64,000 nt of DNA from Moniliella sp. 'wahieum'. Lineage: Eukaryota. Positions 13,101 through 24,858 of the stretch are shown one piece after another. Numbering within the stretch: position 1 is the stretch's first letter; each line of letters begins with the position of its first letter. The stretch covers positions 62,001 to 126,000 of the forward strand of contig RSEE01000057.1 of assembly GCA_003971905.1 (NCBI GenBank). The letters run 5' to 3'. Under the pieces are notes generated by a model. It was not told the origin of the DNA. It worked only from the letters and a program-made list of their open reading frames with translations, and did no database searches. The translations under genes were made by a program, and so were the position numbers.

Positions 13101-14554
13101 CGAGTCTGCGCGCCGCGGAGAAGCGGCGGAGCAGCCGCGACAATCTGGCTCAAGGCGCGGACCGAGGCAGTGCTCAGTCCCGAGGCAAAGAGGAGATCGA
13201 GCAGGTCATGGACATGGCGGGTAATGTGGGCGCCTACGGATTGAGCCAGGTTTCCCAACGCCCAAAAGACAGCCTCGACGGGGGGCGCGTTGCGCTTGGT
13301 TTGGTGCTGGAGCGCGTCCCGAATGCACGCCATGATGGGCTCGGTGTATTCCTTGATGTGTCCGCCCTCGGCCTTGGCAAGGTCGCCCAAAGTCTGGAAC
13401 ACCTCTTCGGCCACCGCCGGGTCACGCTGCATATCCTTGTCCTTGCGGAGGATGGAGGTGAGGGAAGTGATGACGAGGTGGAGGTGGTGTTCAGCAAAGT
13501 AGGAAGGGTCGTACCGGGCCAAGGTAGGCGTGAGTGTCTTGAAGACGGTACGGCGGATCATTTGGTCGCGGTGGCGGATAAGGTTGATGACGAGATCGGT
13601 AACCTCGTGGTAAAAGGGAAGCATGAGATCCGGTGTGCATTCGAACAACTGCTCAAAGCACAGCAGAGTCCCATGCACCGTCTCCACAGGCTTAACCCCC
13701 CCGCGAGGGAGGAGAGGTTCCTTGGCGGCATGGTACATGCGTTCGACCACGCCCTTGGTCACGCCAGCCGGAGCACGGGTCTCGAGGGTGTGAAGGCAGC
13801 GTCCGAGCGTGTCGCTGGCCGCCTCGCGGACCCACCGCTTGGGATCATTGAGCGCATTGAGCAGGCGGACCAGGTCGGGGATGAGGGAGAATTGTGGAAG
13901 TAGGCAGGCAGGTAGGTGGCGAGGGTGCCGATGGAGAGTACGGCACCATAGTGATCATACTCGTTGCCCAATAGGCGCTCCATTGCCCACTCGCCCACCG
14001 CCACAAACACACCCGACGACTGGGCAAAGTGTTGACGGTGCGCACGGCACAGACTGGTGCGGGAAGGTTAGTAGCTTGCCAGGGTGTACAGAGGCAAGGA
14101 GGGGGGCAGGTACGAACTGAGCGCATAGTTGGCAGCCTGCATGAGCTGGATGTTGTCGGTGGTGATGTTGAAACGGATGGCGGACCAGTAGCGGGGGAAG
14201 GTGTAGTTGCCATCGACGAGGTCGGCGGTGCCGGCAATGGCTTCCATGGCGCCCATGCGGGCGGAGAGCGGGAGGCGTTACCAGAGATGGCAATGATGCG
14301 ACTGGTCCAGCCGCGTAAAAGTCAGAGCGGGCATCGTCAGCGAGCTCGGCGTTGGTGGTGCGGACGAGGGTGTGGAGCTGCTGGACGGCATGGGCGCGTT
14401 CGCTGTGCTCGCGGGAAACGAGGACAGTGAAGATCTGGTCGAGGGCAGCGTTGGTCTGGGAGGTGTGGGCAGCGACGGCGGCGGCAGCAGCGACAGAAGA
14501 CGAGTCGATGCGGGCGGCGGTGGAGGCCGGCGCGAGCGGGACGAAGGACGGCAT
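7180..14554 (-). CDS. TOR: TOR serine/threonine kinase (HEAT, FAT, FRB, PI3K-like kinase, FATC); frameshifted in assembly
   Basis: [93 protein letters not shown] after intron 7199-7289. Other introns at 11966-12031 and 14054-14113. Confidence 0.97.
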
Positions 14555-15313
14555 GGCCTCCAGTCCAGTCCGGGGCGGAGGGAGGGGGCGTGCGGGCGGC
14601 AGAGCGCAGGCGCAGGCGCAGCCAGGCGAAGCAGAGAGGGAGGGGAGGGGGGGAGAGGGGGTCGATGGCGCGGACGACGGCGACGGCGCTGGCGATGGCG
14701 CTGGCGATGGCGCTGGCGATGGCGATGGCGAGGGGGGCGGTCGGGGCCGCATTCAGATGGATGGTCATCGATCATTGGTCACCGCTGGGCTGGGCGATCG
14801 GCTGGCTTACGTACGGCACGGCGACCGGGGGGAGAGGAGGCGTTTGGGGCACGGGGGCAGTGTGTTCTGCCAGCGGAATGGGACGGGATTGATATTGATG
14901 CCGGAGTCACGTGCCTGGGCGTGCGCCGCGGCGGTCGAGCCAGCCAGTGGGGCTCCTCGCCTGGTCCCGCGCACCAGAGCACTGTCCACGGCCTTGCGTC
15001 TGCCAGGACACACACAGCCGCACATATATTCCCTCCGACGCACCTGCCTTCAATAGTGCCCCCCTTAGCTCCCCCCGCCACCACCTCCGCCCCCGCATCC
15101 AGCCACGCCGCTTGCCATGGACATCCCCGCCGCCTCCTTTGCTGGGCGCAGCGACAGCCTCCTCACCGCACCACCCGCCACCCGCCCGCCAGCGCCCACC
15201 CTCTGTCCCGCCCCGCCTCTCCGCTCCCGTTTCCATCGCCCTCGTCCTCCCTCCTCGACCACATTGCGTCGCCCCTGTCGTCCCACCTCGACCACATTGC
15301 CTCGCCCTCCGAC

Positions 15314-16839
15314 ATGGGAGACAGCTGGGACGCGTTGCTCTCCGACCCACCTGCCTTCCACCATCGTAGCGACGACAGTCATGGTAGGAGCAGTAGTGCC
15401 TTCTCCTTCACGTCGCCCCACGCGCTCCACAATCCCCCAGTCCCCGTCGCCATCGGCATCCGTCAGAAGCGTTCCATTGTTCCCCTCCACCGTCTCGGAT
15501 GATCTGGAGGACAGTTGGTTCCCCGTGCAGCTTGACCAGCGTCAGCCTCTACCAGCCTCTGTTCATACTATCGCGGCTGATTCACACATCGCCCCCTCCG
15601 CAAGTCCTTCTGTCCAAGCAGTTGATACGCCAAGCCCGCATCCGTCCTCCTCCTCCCCAACAGGCAACTCACCCCCGCCTCCCTCCCTCCTTCTATCCTG
15701 TCCCGGACCTTCTCCTACAAGCAGCCCTATAGCACACGCCGACCCGCACCAGACTCTCGATCCCAACCCGAGTCCTCCACGGATCCCAACCCCTCCCCCA
15801 AACACGGATACAAATCAGGCCAAGCGCCCGCTCAGGACGATTTCTGGAGCCGGACCTCGGTCTTATCCTCCATCTTCCCTCCGGATGACAATTTATGGAG
15901 CTGGACCTCGCTCTTCTTCCTCCTCTTCCCTCCGTCTCCGTCGCCCCCTTGTGATCCACAAGACCTCTACGAACTGGTAACCCGAGTTGATATCTTGTCT
16001 AGCCCCCGCCCCGACCTGCATCTGGCAACGAAAGCTATCAAAGCCTCGCTCCAGGCTGCCTACCCCTCGTTCAAGGTACGTCCCCCCCGCCCCTCTCAAC
16101 TTCACATACGTATTAATCTGCTCACACGGCACTACACTACACTAGGTTGATATTATCGTCGGCTGCGGGTACACGTTCTCTTCCCACGCATCGTTTGCAC
16201 GCTGCAACAGGTACCCACGGTCTTTTGTCCTGATTCCAGTGGGGAAAAGCACGCGGGACCTAATGGGCCGGTTGTGGGTGGTAGCCTCGCAGCCAGACAC
16301 ACCGTTACTCATCCCCCTCTACGTCGAAATCGACCATGCCAGTGAAGAAGACGATGACGAGGATGGGCATGCGCGCGCGACGCCTACGGCCCACATGGTT
16401 CCCAGAGAAGAAGAAGAGCGATGGACCCACGCCGTGCAATGGGCTCGACAGTACGGCACACTAACCACCTTACCACGGAGGAAGACTAATGGGGTAGAAG
16501 AGGAGAGTGGAGTGGTGTTGCGGTACGGGCCCGCATTGGCCCAGGACTTGATCCACACTTTTGAAGGACGAAATGTGGGCTGCAAACTTCTTGTCAAAAG
16601 CCGTGTGCCGGGAACCATGGTGGGGCGAACGCGACTTTGACTCTGCTTATCTCCAAAGGCAGAAGAAGCAACCAAAGCCCGTAATGGACGCGAGAAGCCG
16701 TGCGCTTCGAACCATGGGGGTAGTATTGCTGACGGTCATTGCCAAGGATGTTGTTTTATTCTGTTTTGTCATGTTGCTCTCGCTTCTCGTCACGGCATTC
16801 ATATATATGAAGGTTTTCCCTTTCTACGCGGCATCATAA
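15314..16839 (+). CDS. Hypothetical protein: low-complexity N-terminus, hydrophobic C-terminal segment(s)
   Basis: Chain of + ORFs (15117-15980, 16239-16640, 16561-16839), intron-like 16076-16145 (GTACGT..TAG), ends VVLLTVIAKDVVLFCFVMLLSLLVTAFIYMKVF. No family recognised. Confidence 0.45.
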
Positions 16840-18264
16840 CAGCTGTACGCGGTAACTGTTTGCCCGCCGCAACAAGAAGCAAGTTCGTGCCTGGGGGCGC
16901 TTTCTAGGGGAGGTGCTCCTGGTTTGGGTATTTTCTATGTTTTCCTCTTGGCGTCTTCGCCAGATCGTATGCTGCACATCCCCGACGTATGCGACTCAAC
17001 AACAGCACTCATGCCGCATGGGTCCCTGTGCGACACAACACTACCAACAACAGCTAGGGTTGAGCAGGTCAATTTGGACACGACGGAGACAACTTACCGG
17101 TTTGCTTTTCCCCACCGCACCCATGAGCAGGTGGACAAAGAAGACGATCCACGGACGAACAATTAAAGATTCAATCTCCTGGCCCGACTCAGTCTTGCAC
17201 CGCCTCCCCGATTTCCTCGTGGATATGCTGTGTATTACTTACACTGGACACCCGCCCGCTAAACGCGCTACCACAGCGTTCTCCACCCCGTACGGAGGGC
17301 CACAGGGACGCCAACCAGAGCAGCGAAGGTGGATGCGTTGATCCAAGAATGTCACATGTCACATGTCACGAGCAAAGGCGGGCTGGCAAGCCTGGCGTAT
17401 TGATTGTCTCCGCGGGTCCCTTCTTGGCCTTCCTATCCCGAACCCTAGAGGTTGGCTACCGTGATTCGGACTCTCTTTTCTTTCGCTATCGTGACTCGGA
17501 TTCTCTTCCTACCTACAAACCCCACAACAATCATCGTTTCTCCCCTCGCGCTCGTCCAAAATCAAAAAGACCACACATTGTATCGGTTTCGACTCGGTAT
17601 CTCACCTGCGTCGTTTCTTCCTCGGGTCCACTGCCCTTGATCCTCGCCTCGTCTCTCGCCTCGTCCCTCTCGCGCTTGGTCCTCTTCTCCCCTTTGACTC
17701 GTTTCCCGTTTTACACTATAGACCTCTTGGTCTCCCCTTGTTCCCCTTCACTTCTATAAAACCTGCCTGTTCTTAGATCCAATGATGCTGGCCCAAGTAG
17801 GTTCTCCAAGGGATTGGATTGTACCCGTTACAAGAGCGTTTAACCCTAACCCGCACGTGACAAAGGTTGATTTCCGCACCGCACTGCAGAGAGATGCGCC
17901 AAGTCGTGTGGGCCACTATGCACCAAAGCGCGTATATCCGCGATGGCGCTTTTCCAACGCAAGCTGCTGTGCGGGGCGTCCAGCCCACGGAAAGGCTCCT
18001 ACACAGCAACAGACAAAGGACGAATGCGCGAACCGGGCAATAGGTCCCGCCATGAGTCAGTAGTACGCGCGGATCAATGGGCGAAACGATGCCAGGGGAA
18101 GGCCCAGGCAAGTGAAAGTTGCAACATGCCATGCAGGGAGATGGGGAAAGGGATGGCTAATCAGCTGCTGCTGTTTTCTTTCTTGCTCTTCTCTCGTTCG
18201 TGGCTGCTTGCTGTTGCTTGCGCGGCCGAGGGGGCCCACACCCACACCCACACCCAGGAGCACA

Positions 18265-18399
18265 ATGAAGTTTGCGCGCTACCTCGAGGAGCAGCAGCAG
18301 CAGCCCGAATGAGCACCGCCTACATCCGCTACCGCCCGCTCAAGCGCCTCATCAAGGCTGTCGATGCCCACCGCCCGCCCGCATGGCGCTTGTGCGTGC

Positions 18400-18432
<33 letters not shown>

Positions 18433-21400
18433 CACAGCCTCTGGCCCCGGCCGCCACCAGCCCCGCGCCCTTGCCCTCGCCCTTCCCCTTTGCCCGCTCC
18501 TTCACCCGCGACCACCGCCTCCCCTCGCCTCGTCCGTCCCCTGCCCCCCGCTCGGTCTCTGCCTCCCCCGCCCCGCCAGCCCCCACCCGCCCAAGGCCCC
18601 CACCGCCTCGCCCCCCGCCGCGCCTCCCGACCAGGCTGCTCCCCTCCCGCCCGTGCCTCTCCCGCCCCAACTCTCCATCGACCCATGCAACCATCATCCC
18701 GCCCTACAGTGCCATCGCCCGCCCCGCACGCCCCCGCCCAGCCACCAAGCCTCCCACGCGACCGACCCTGACCCTGACGCCGACGCCGACGCCGACGCTG
18801 ACGCCGAGACCGAGGCAGAGAAGCGCCCGGACGAAGCAACCCAGGCCCTGCTGCATTTGTTCTTGCCTCGTTTGATGTCGAGGAGCGCAAAGTATTTGCC
18901 GTGCTCGATACTGAGATGGCACGTATCTTGTCCTTTTACGAGGAACGACGTAACGAGGCCGAGGCGCGGTTTGAGCAGATTGCCATGCAACTCAAAGAAC
19001 TTGCTGAGCACCGTATGCGCTACCGTGCTGCTCGCGCTCACCATGTCCTATCTCCCTCCTCGGCCCATGCGTCCGGGATCAACCTCAATGCCAACCTGCA
19101 TCCGCTGCACAGTGTCCCCGTTACCCGCATCGTCCCGCGCAAGGCCATGCCACCAACCTCAACGACAACACCGACTCTGCCTCTGACGCCTACTGACCCG
19201 CTTACCGATTGTACTGTCGCGCCTCCCGGGCCGGAACAAGATCCCGGGTACGAGCGCCGAGCCCAGGCCATGATGGCTATCCCTTCCATTTTGCCTGGTG
19301 CAGCCAACATGGCCCTTCCGTCGGCCCAAGACGCCTTGGCGGCCGTCGAGTTTGATCCGGAAGGGTACAAGTCGGCCCGGAGGGCGGTCAAGGCGGCAGT
19401 GCTGGAGCTTTACCGCCAATTGCACATTCATACACTCGTTCCAGTTTTCTGTGTCGGGTGGGCATGGTCAAGATTCTCAAAAAGGCATCCAAGACGTGGG
19501 GGTACCAGTAAGTGAGCCTTACTTGGCCGCACGCGTCACTCCCACCGCCTTGGTTACCGACGATAGCATTACCCGTCTTGTCAAGGCAACCGAGGACTTG
19601 TATGCGGCGTTTTATGAGCATGGCGATCGCAAACGTGCCTTGGCACGGTTACGAGGACAACCGGTGGTACTACCCTTTTCCCTGCTGCGCACACTGGTCG
19701 GCATTTGAAGGCTGGCTTGTTTCTGGTGTTGCTGTGTGCTCCACTGCGCAGGATTGGTACAGATGATGCGACCAGATACCAAAGAGGTATTCCAGATTGG
19801 CAACCGCTGTTACGTGTGTACGGTGCATTTCTCATCATCAGCGTGTTTGCCATCTTGTTTGGTGTCAATTTGCTCGTCGGCATATCTGGCGCGTTAATGC
19901 CCCCTTTATCTTTCAGTTTGATTTACGTTCTACCCTCCATCCCATGCAATACTTTCCTCTCCCTTGCTCACCATGATCCTCGCCATCTTCTTTTGGCTCT
20001 CCTTCCTCGACCCTTTCCCGCACGCTATGCTCCCACCACATGGCCTGTCGTACGTCTCCCCCCCTCCTCCCTTGCTGCCGACGCCTCCGTCTCTGTCTCG
20101 CCGCACCCCGATGCGGAGGGACCCAGACAGGATGCAGGATGCAGGATGTCTGACTGACTGACTGACGTACACCATTGAACATTGAGCGGACAGGTCTGGT
20201 TGGTGGTAGTGGCGGTACTTGTGCTGAATCCGTTTCCGGTGTTTCATCTACGTTCACGCGAGTGGCTCGTGCGTACCTTGCTGCGTCTATTGACGGGCGG
20301 TGTGTTACCAGGTACACAATGGAGTGTGCAGTTCAAAGACTTTTTCTTGGGTGACGAGCTGAACAGCTTACAATTTTCCCTCTCGGCGCTATGGGTGGTC
20401 GGGTGCAGCGCGGATGACCATTGGGCAGTTGGATCGTGTGACTTTAACCACACCTGGTGGCGAGCGGCGCTCATGGCACTCTTCCCGTTCTTACGTCTAA
20501 CCCAATGTTGGCGCCGTTGGTTCGATTCCCGTCGGACCGACCATATCCATCTAGTCAACGCGGGCAAGTACGCCCTGGCTACCACCCAATCTTTCATTTA
20601 CGTTTACTGGCGTATGCATGGTTCTCCTCGTACTGGCGGCGTGACGGGCACGTACGCTACCATCTCCTCTGCCTACTCACTCTACGCTGCCGCCTGGGAC
20701 ATCCTAATGGACTGGTCTCTCCTTCGTCCACATGCTAAACCTTACCCGCTGCTTCGCTCAACGTTGTGGTACACTTCGCTCTGGTACCTCTACTACGTGG
20801 CAATCGTCACCAACATCTACATCCGCTTTGCTTGGTCCATTTACTTTTACCCCGGCTCGGCATCCCAGTTGCTCCGCGGCTTTCTCGTCGCCTTGCTCGA
20901 GATGGCACGCCGTTGGCAATGGAACTTTTTGCGTGTGGAAAACGAACATTTGGGTAACTCGGACTCGTATCGCGTCGTACGCGATATGCCCTTACCTTAT
21001 CCCACGCGCATTGGGCCCACCGCGGCCCAGGAGGAGGAAGAGGAGGAGGATGCGGAGGATGCTAAGGACCAAGAGCAACATGAACGTGAAGCAGAAGCGG
21101 AGGCGGAAGCGGAAGTGGATGCGGAAGCGGAAGTGGATGCGGCACACGGTCAAACCAATCCCCATCATGCCCATGCCTGCCCATCATGCCCATTCCCATT
21201 CCCAGGCAGATGCACACGCTACTCAGGGGGGAAACGGTAATGTCCACCACCCGACCACTGCCACGCGCGGACGACGACGGTCCGTAGTGCACTCACCTCT
21301 TCTTTACCTTCTTCTTTGGCATCGCGCTTCCGGCGTCAAACCGGTCGCGAACGCTCAACTTCCGATACCCATTCTCCTCATTCTTCCCGTTCACCCTCGT

Positions 21401-21500
21401 CGGTAACCGCGCCCACTTGGTTGCCCTGGCCTTCCCATCCCCATCCCCATCCTCATCCTCATCCTCATCTGCAGCCTCATCCCCATCTGCAACCTCATCT
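18265..21500 (+). CDS. SYG1: SPX-EXS domain protein (Syg1/XPR1-like phosphate exporter family); 3' end uncertain
   Basis: SPX start MKFARYLE..PE[W]STAYIRYRPLKRLIK; EXS motifs VQFKDFFLGDELNSL, HLVNAGKY, WDILMDWSL, IRFAW, EMARRWQWNFLRVENEHLGNSDSYRVVRDMPLPY; intron 20050-20193. Confidence 0.92.
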
Positions 21501-21809
21501 GCAGCCTCAGCCTGAGCATCAGGATCAGCTTCCTGCTTCCTCCTCATCCTGCTAATTCTTATCCTGTTGATTTCCATCCTGCTGATGCTCTTCCCCCACC
21601 CGCGCTGCCACACTACCCCCACCAGGCACCTTAAACCTTAAGCACTCGATTGACCGTTGCCTTAGCCACCCCACCCAACCCCAACCCCAACCCCAACCCC
21701 ACACACTCACACTCACATCCACACTCACACTGCTTTTTTCGATAGGTCAGCCTGCATAATGAATTCACCATGGGATTGGGATTGGTACGGACGCGTTGGT
21801 GGGATTGAT

Positions 21810-21866
21810 GTGAGTGAGTGAGTGAGCGAGTGAGTGAGTGAGTGAGGGAGGGAGGGAGGGAGGGAG
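21810..21866. repeat. Compound microsatellite (GTGA)n-(GGGA)n
   Basis: Directly visible. Confidence 0.9.
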
Positions 21867-22368
21867 GCAGTAATGAACGACTGATCTATACTAACGTCTT
21901 TACGTTGGCCACTGCACCACCGCCTCTCCTCTACCGCTGTGGTTCATGATGCGTGATGGGGGCAGTGGAGGAAATCGTGGACTGTAGCCAGTGAGTGGCA
22001 GTTCATTGAAGAGTCCAGCGGAAAAATCGGTTTGTAGCGCAGCGTCAAGATCGTCAAGAGCACGCAAAATCTACTAAAGCCTACCCTGTTATCATTCCTG
22101 CTACTTGCCCACCAGGAGAACGGAGGACATGGGGGAGGAAGAGGGAGGAAGATGGAGGAAGAGGGAGGAAGAGGGAGGAAAAGGAGAGGGAGGAGATTAC
22201 AAAGAGTTCCCAAAACTGTTCTCATCAGGTTGATCAGGCATCAGGTTGATCAGGTTGATCTCATTGCACGTCATTCAAGTTGAAGTTGGTCATCAGGCCA
22301 ACGGCTCTCGAACAAATTCCTCCCCCGCTGATAACCTTACCAACTCCCCCGATCGTGCTCTCTCCTAA

Positions 22369-22526
22369 TGTCGGAGGAGATCTGCCCAGCGGTCTGCTAC
22401 CGGTGAGAAGGGAGATGGTTGACTAAGGAATGAATTACTGGGGGCAGAAGCCTCAGTCGGGAAGATCTGCTCCGGAATAAACCGGAGGCTAAATGGGCTG
22501 GGCCGCAGGTGACGTCACGCTCAACA
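22369..22526 (-). repeat. 3' LTR (158 bp) of copia deletion derivative
   Basis: On - strand TGTTGAG...CTCCTCCGACA, preceded by the purine-rich tract GGGTGGG and the RNase H tail; homologous to 24171-24324. Confidence 0.85.
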
Positions 22527-23162
22527 CCCACCCTACGGCCTCTAAGGCCCCAGGCCCAACTCGGCCTCCGAAGAAATGACTTCTTGACCGAACTGGGAGA
22601 TGGCGTGTAGAAGTTGTGGACGCGCCAGCAGTTTGTTAGCGTGTCGCTTTATTTTCGCTTCCGGGAATTTTGATAGCATCGAAGGTGCCCCCGCCACTTT
22701 GTCGCGGACGAAGTGGTGGCGGATCTCGAAGTGCTTGGCTGCACCGACGCTGCCCACTTTGTGCGAAAGGGCGAGGCCGACAGCGGAGTCGCAATAAATT
22801 GGAACCGTGGAATCCTCGTTCAGTTGTCCGAGTTCAATAAGGAGGTTCCTGATGTAGATGGCTTCGGTCATGCCGGTGAAGACGGCCAGGTACTCGGCGT
22901 GGCCTGTGCTGGTACGCAGTCTTGGTGCTGACGTTGGAAGCGTTGTTCACTGCTTTTCCGACTGAGATGGCAATCGCGCACGCTTCGTCGTAGGTCGCGT
23001 GGCGCGGGATGCGTGGCTGGAACTCAGTGGCCAGGCCCGCCGCAAGGCAGGCGACGAGCATGTCGTCCGGACAGGATGACACATAGCTCTGTAGGCGGCG
23101 GCGCGCGGCGTCGAAACGACCCACGTACCCGGCGCCAGTGTCCTTGCCTTGCTTGACGGAAC

Positions 23163-23270
23163 CCAGGTTGACAATTGCGGCGCTGATGTCCTCCCATACG
23201 TGAGGGCGACGCTTGACGTAAGCCAGGTTGGCAACTGTGGCGCTGATGTCCTCCCATACTTGAGGGCGAC
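23163..23270. repeat. Diverged 60-bp tandem duplication within the gag-like ORF
   Basis: Lines 23161 and 23221 align with period 60 (RPQVWEDISATVANL / RPHVWEDISAAIVNL). Confidence 0.9.
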
Positions 23271-24170
23271 AGTAGTCGCGAGCGCGGCGCCAGTATTCGC
23301 TGGCGGAGGCATTCGGCGCCATAGTTGTCAATGACAGAGCCGACGGTGCCGGTGAGGGACGATCTCATCCACATGCCAATGGCAACGTCGGCGTTGATGA
23401 GCTCCTCGTCGTCCAGGGAGTCGTCGGGATCCAGGATGCGGAGGAGGGTCTTCGTGCTCAGAGGAACGTCAGGGTGCGATCCGATGAGGCTGAAGGCGGT
23501 GTAGACGTAGGTGGTCCAGGCTTCGTACTGGTCCGGAGTCGAGAGCAGCTTGACTCTGTGCTGCTTTTGGTTCTTCAGGACTTCGGGGATCAGCACGTTC
23601 CATTCGCGCCTGGGTTCCGCCTTGTCAGGATAGAGGTCGACGAGCGTGAGCATGAAGGTCTCTCTTTCCATGTCGGGGAAGGCCGCCGAGATGATCTCGA
23701 TGGCGTCCTTGAAGCTGATGCCCTTGTTCTTTCGAGCATGCGCTTCATGATGTATCTCTGTTGCTCCGTGGGACGTCCGATCCCACTTTTGAAGTCAACA
23801 GGAGCCGAGAATGCCTTGCCGAGAGACGGCGCACGAGGTAAACCTCTCTGGCCAAAGGCGTCCGTGGTGATGGAGGCCTCGGTCTTGTGGGGTCTGCTCT
23901 CGATGCTCATCTTGCGCTTCTGGGTGGTTGTGGGTTGGGAAAGAAGCGGGCGGGATCCGGTAAGGCAGATGGAGTCGGTTGCCTCGTCAGCAATTTGCGA
24001 TGCCGTGAGGGAGTCGTCGTTGAAGGACATGGGCTCGCTTGCGAGTCTTGTCCTGCGAAATTCGGGTCTGGTCGTCTGAGGTGATTGCAGACTCGATCCA
24101 GTTAGCTCTGGCGGGTCAGAGGTGGGTTCGATAACCTGTCGGAGGAGATCTGCCCAGCGGTCTGGGCAGA

Positions 24171-24324
24171 TGTTGAGTGAGATGCCACCTGCGCCCCAGC
24201 CCATTCCGCCTCCGGTTTATTCCGGAGTAGATCTTCCCGAGGTTTCTGCCCCCAGTAATTCATTCCTTAGTCAACCATCTCCCTCCTCACCGGTAGCAGA
24301 CCGCTGGGCAGATCTCCTCCGACA
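24171..24324 (+). repeat. LTR copy (154 bp) inverted relative to the element body
   Basis: TGTTGAGTGAGATGCCACCTGCG...GATCTCCTCCGACA is the reverse complement of 22369-22526 with several substitutions and indels. Confidence 0.85.
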
Positions 24325-24379
24325 GAGGCCCTGAGGCAAACCAAATCAAGATCCAAAAAAGGAGTCAACCAAAACCAAT

Positions 24380-24479
24380 CGACAACGACAGGACTCGAAC
24401 CTGTGCAGGCAAAGCCTAATTGATATCTTGAACAATTAGCCGTTCGAATCAATCCCCTTAACCACTCGGGCACGTTGCC
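24380..24479 (-). tRNA. tRNA-Ser(CGA) with 18-nt intron
   Basis: Acceptor GGCAACG/CGTTGTC, D-arm with GAGTGGTTAA, anticodon stem ATTGA/TCAAT with TT-CGA-A, intron after position 37, long variable arm AGGCTTTGCCT, T-loop GTTCGAGTCC, discriminator G; T-runs downstream. Confidence 0.95.
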
Positions 24480-24858
24480 AAGATGCCAATGTTGGTGCGT
24501 CAAAGTAATTTCACCTCAGCGCCTCAGCGCTCAAACCTGGAGATTGATAACGATTGATGATTGCTCTCCTGGTTTTCTGCCTTCTGTCTCCCCTTTCGTT
24601 GCGGGCTGCGTCACCTCGCGTCCCCCAACCTACTTGTCTGTCTATCTGCTCCTACCACAGCCAAGAACAACGACGGCTACCATACAGACGGTAAGACGAT
24701 GAGACGATGAGAGGATGAGACGACGAGAGGATAGGACAATGAGACAATGGGACAATGGGACCTGGGGCGAACCGCACTGCGACCAGAGTACAAAACAAGC
24801 AGCAGCCCAACCGTCCGTTTCAAGGGAAGACCCAAGAACCCAAGAACCCCCTAATCCC

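Larger units (their letters stand above)
22369..24324 (-). mobile_element. Non-autonomous Ty1/copia derivative: gag-like region joined to RNase H C-terminus; protease, integrase and RT absent
   Basis: Gag-like segments (LLSTPDQYEAWTTYV; YVGRFDAARRRLQSY..DDMLVACLAAGL) followed by RTSTGHAEYLAVFTGMTEAIYIRNLLIELG..IYCDS..KHFEIRHHFVRD; LTR homologs at both ends; PBS-like GGTTATCGAACCC at 24124-24136. Confidence 0.85.

Noticed and set aside
7180..14554. TOR (and other genes) as pseudogenes or programmed-frameshift genes
   Set aside because: Motifs are fully conserved and the breaks I examined are single-base losses in short runs, which fits consensus error
17455..17510. ~30-bp diverged tandem pair GCTAyCGTGAyTCGGAyTCTCTT in the intergenic region
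   Set aside because: Only two copies and no spacer series; not CRISPR-like and no element could be defined
17838..17855. TAACCCTAACCC telomere-like motif
   Set aside because: Two units only; consistent with chance
18307..18315. In-frame TGA in SYG1 as a UGA=Trp code or read-through
   Set aside because: Downstream homology continues in a shifted frame, so it is a missing G rather than recoding
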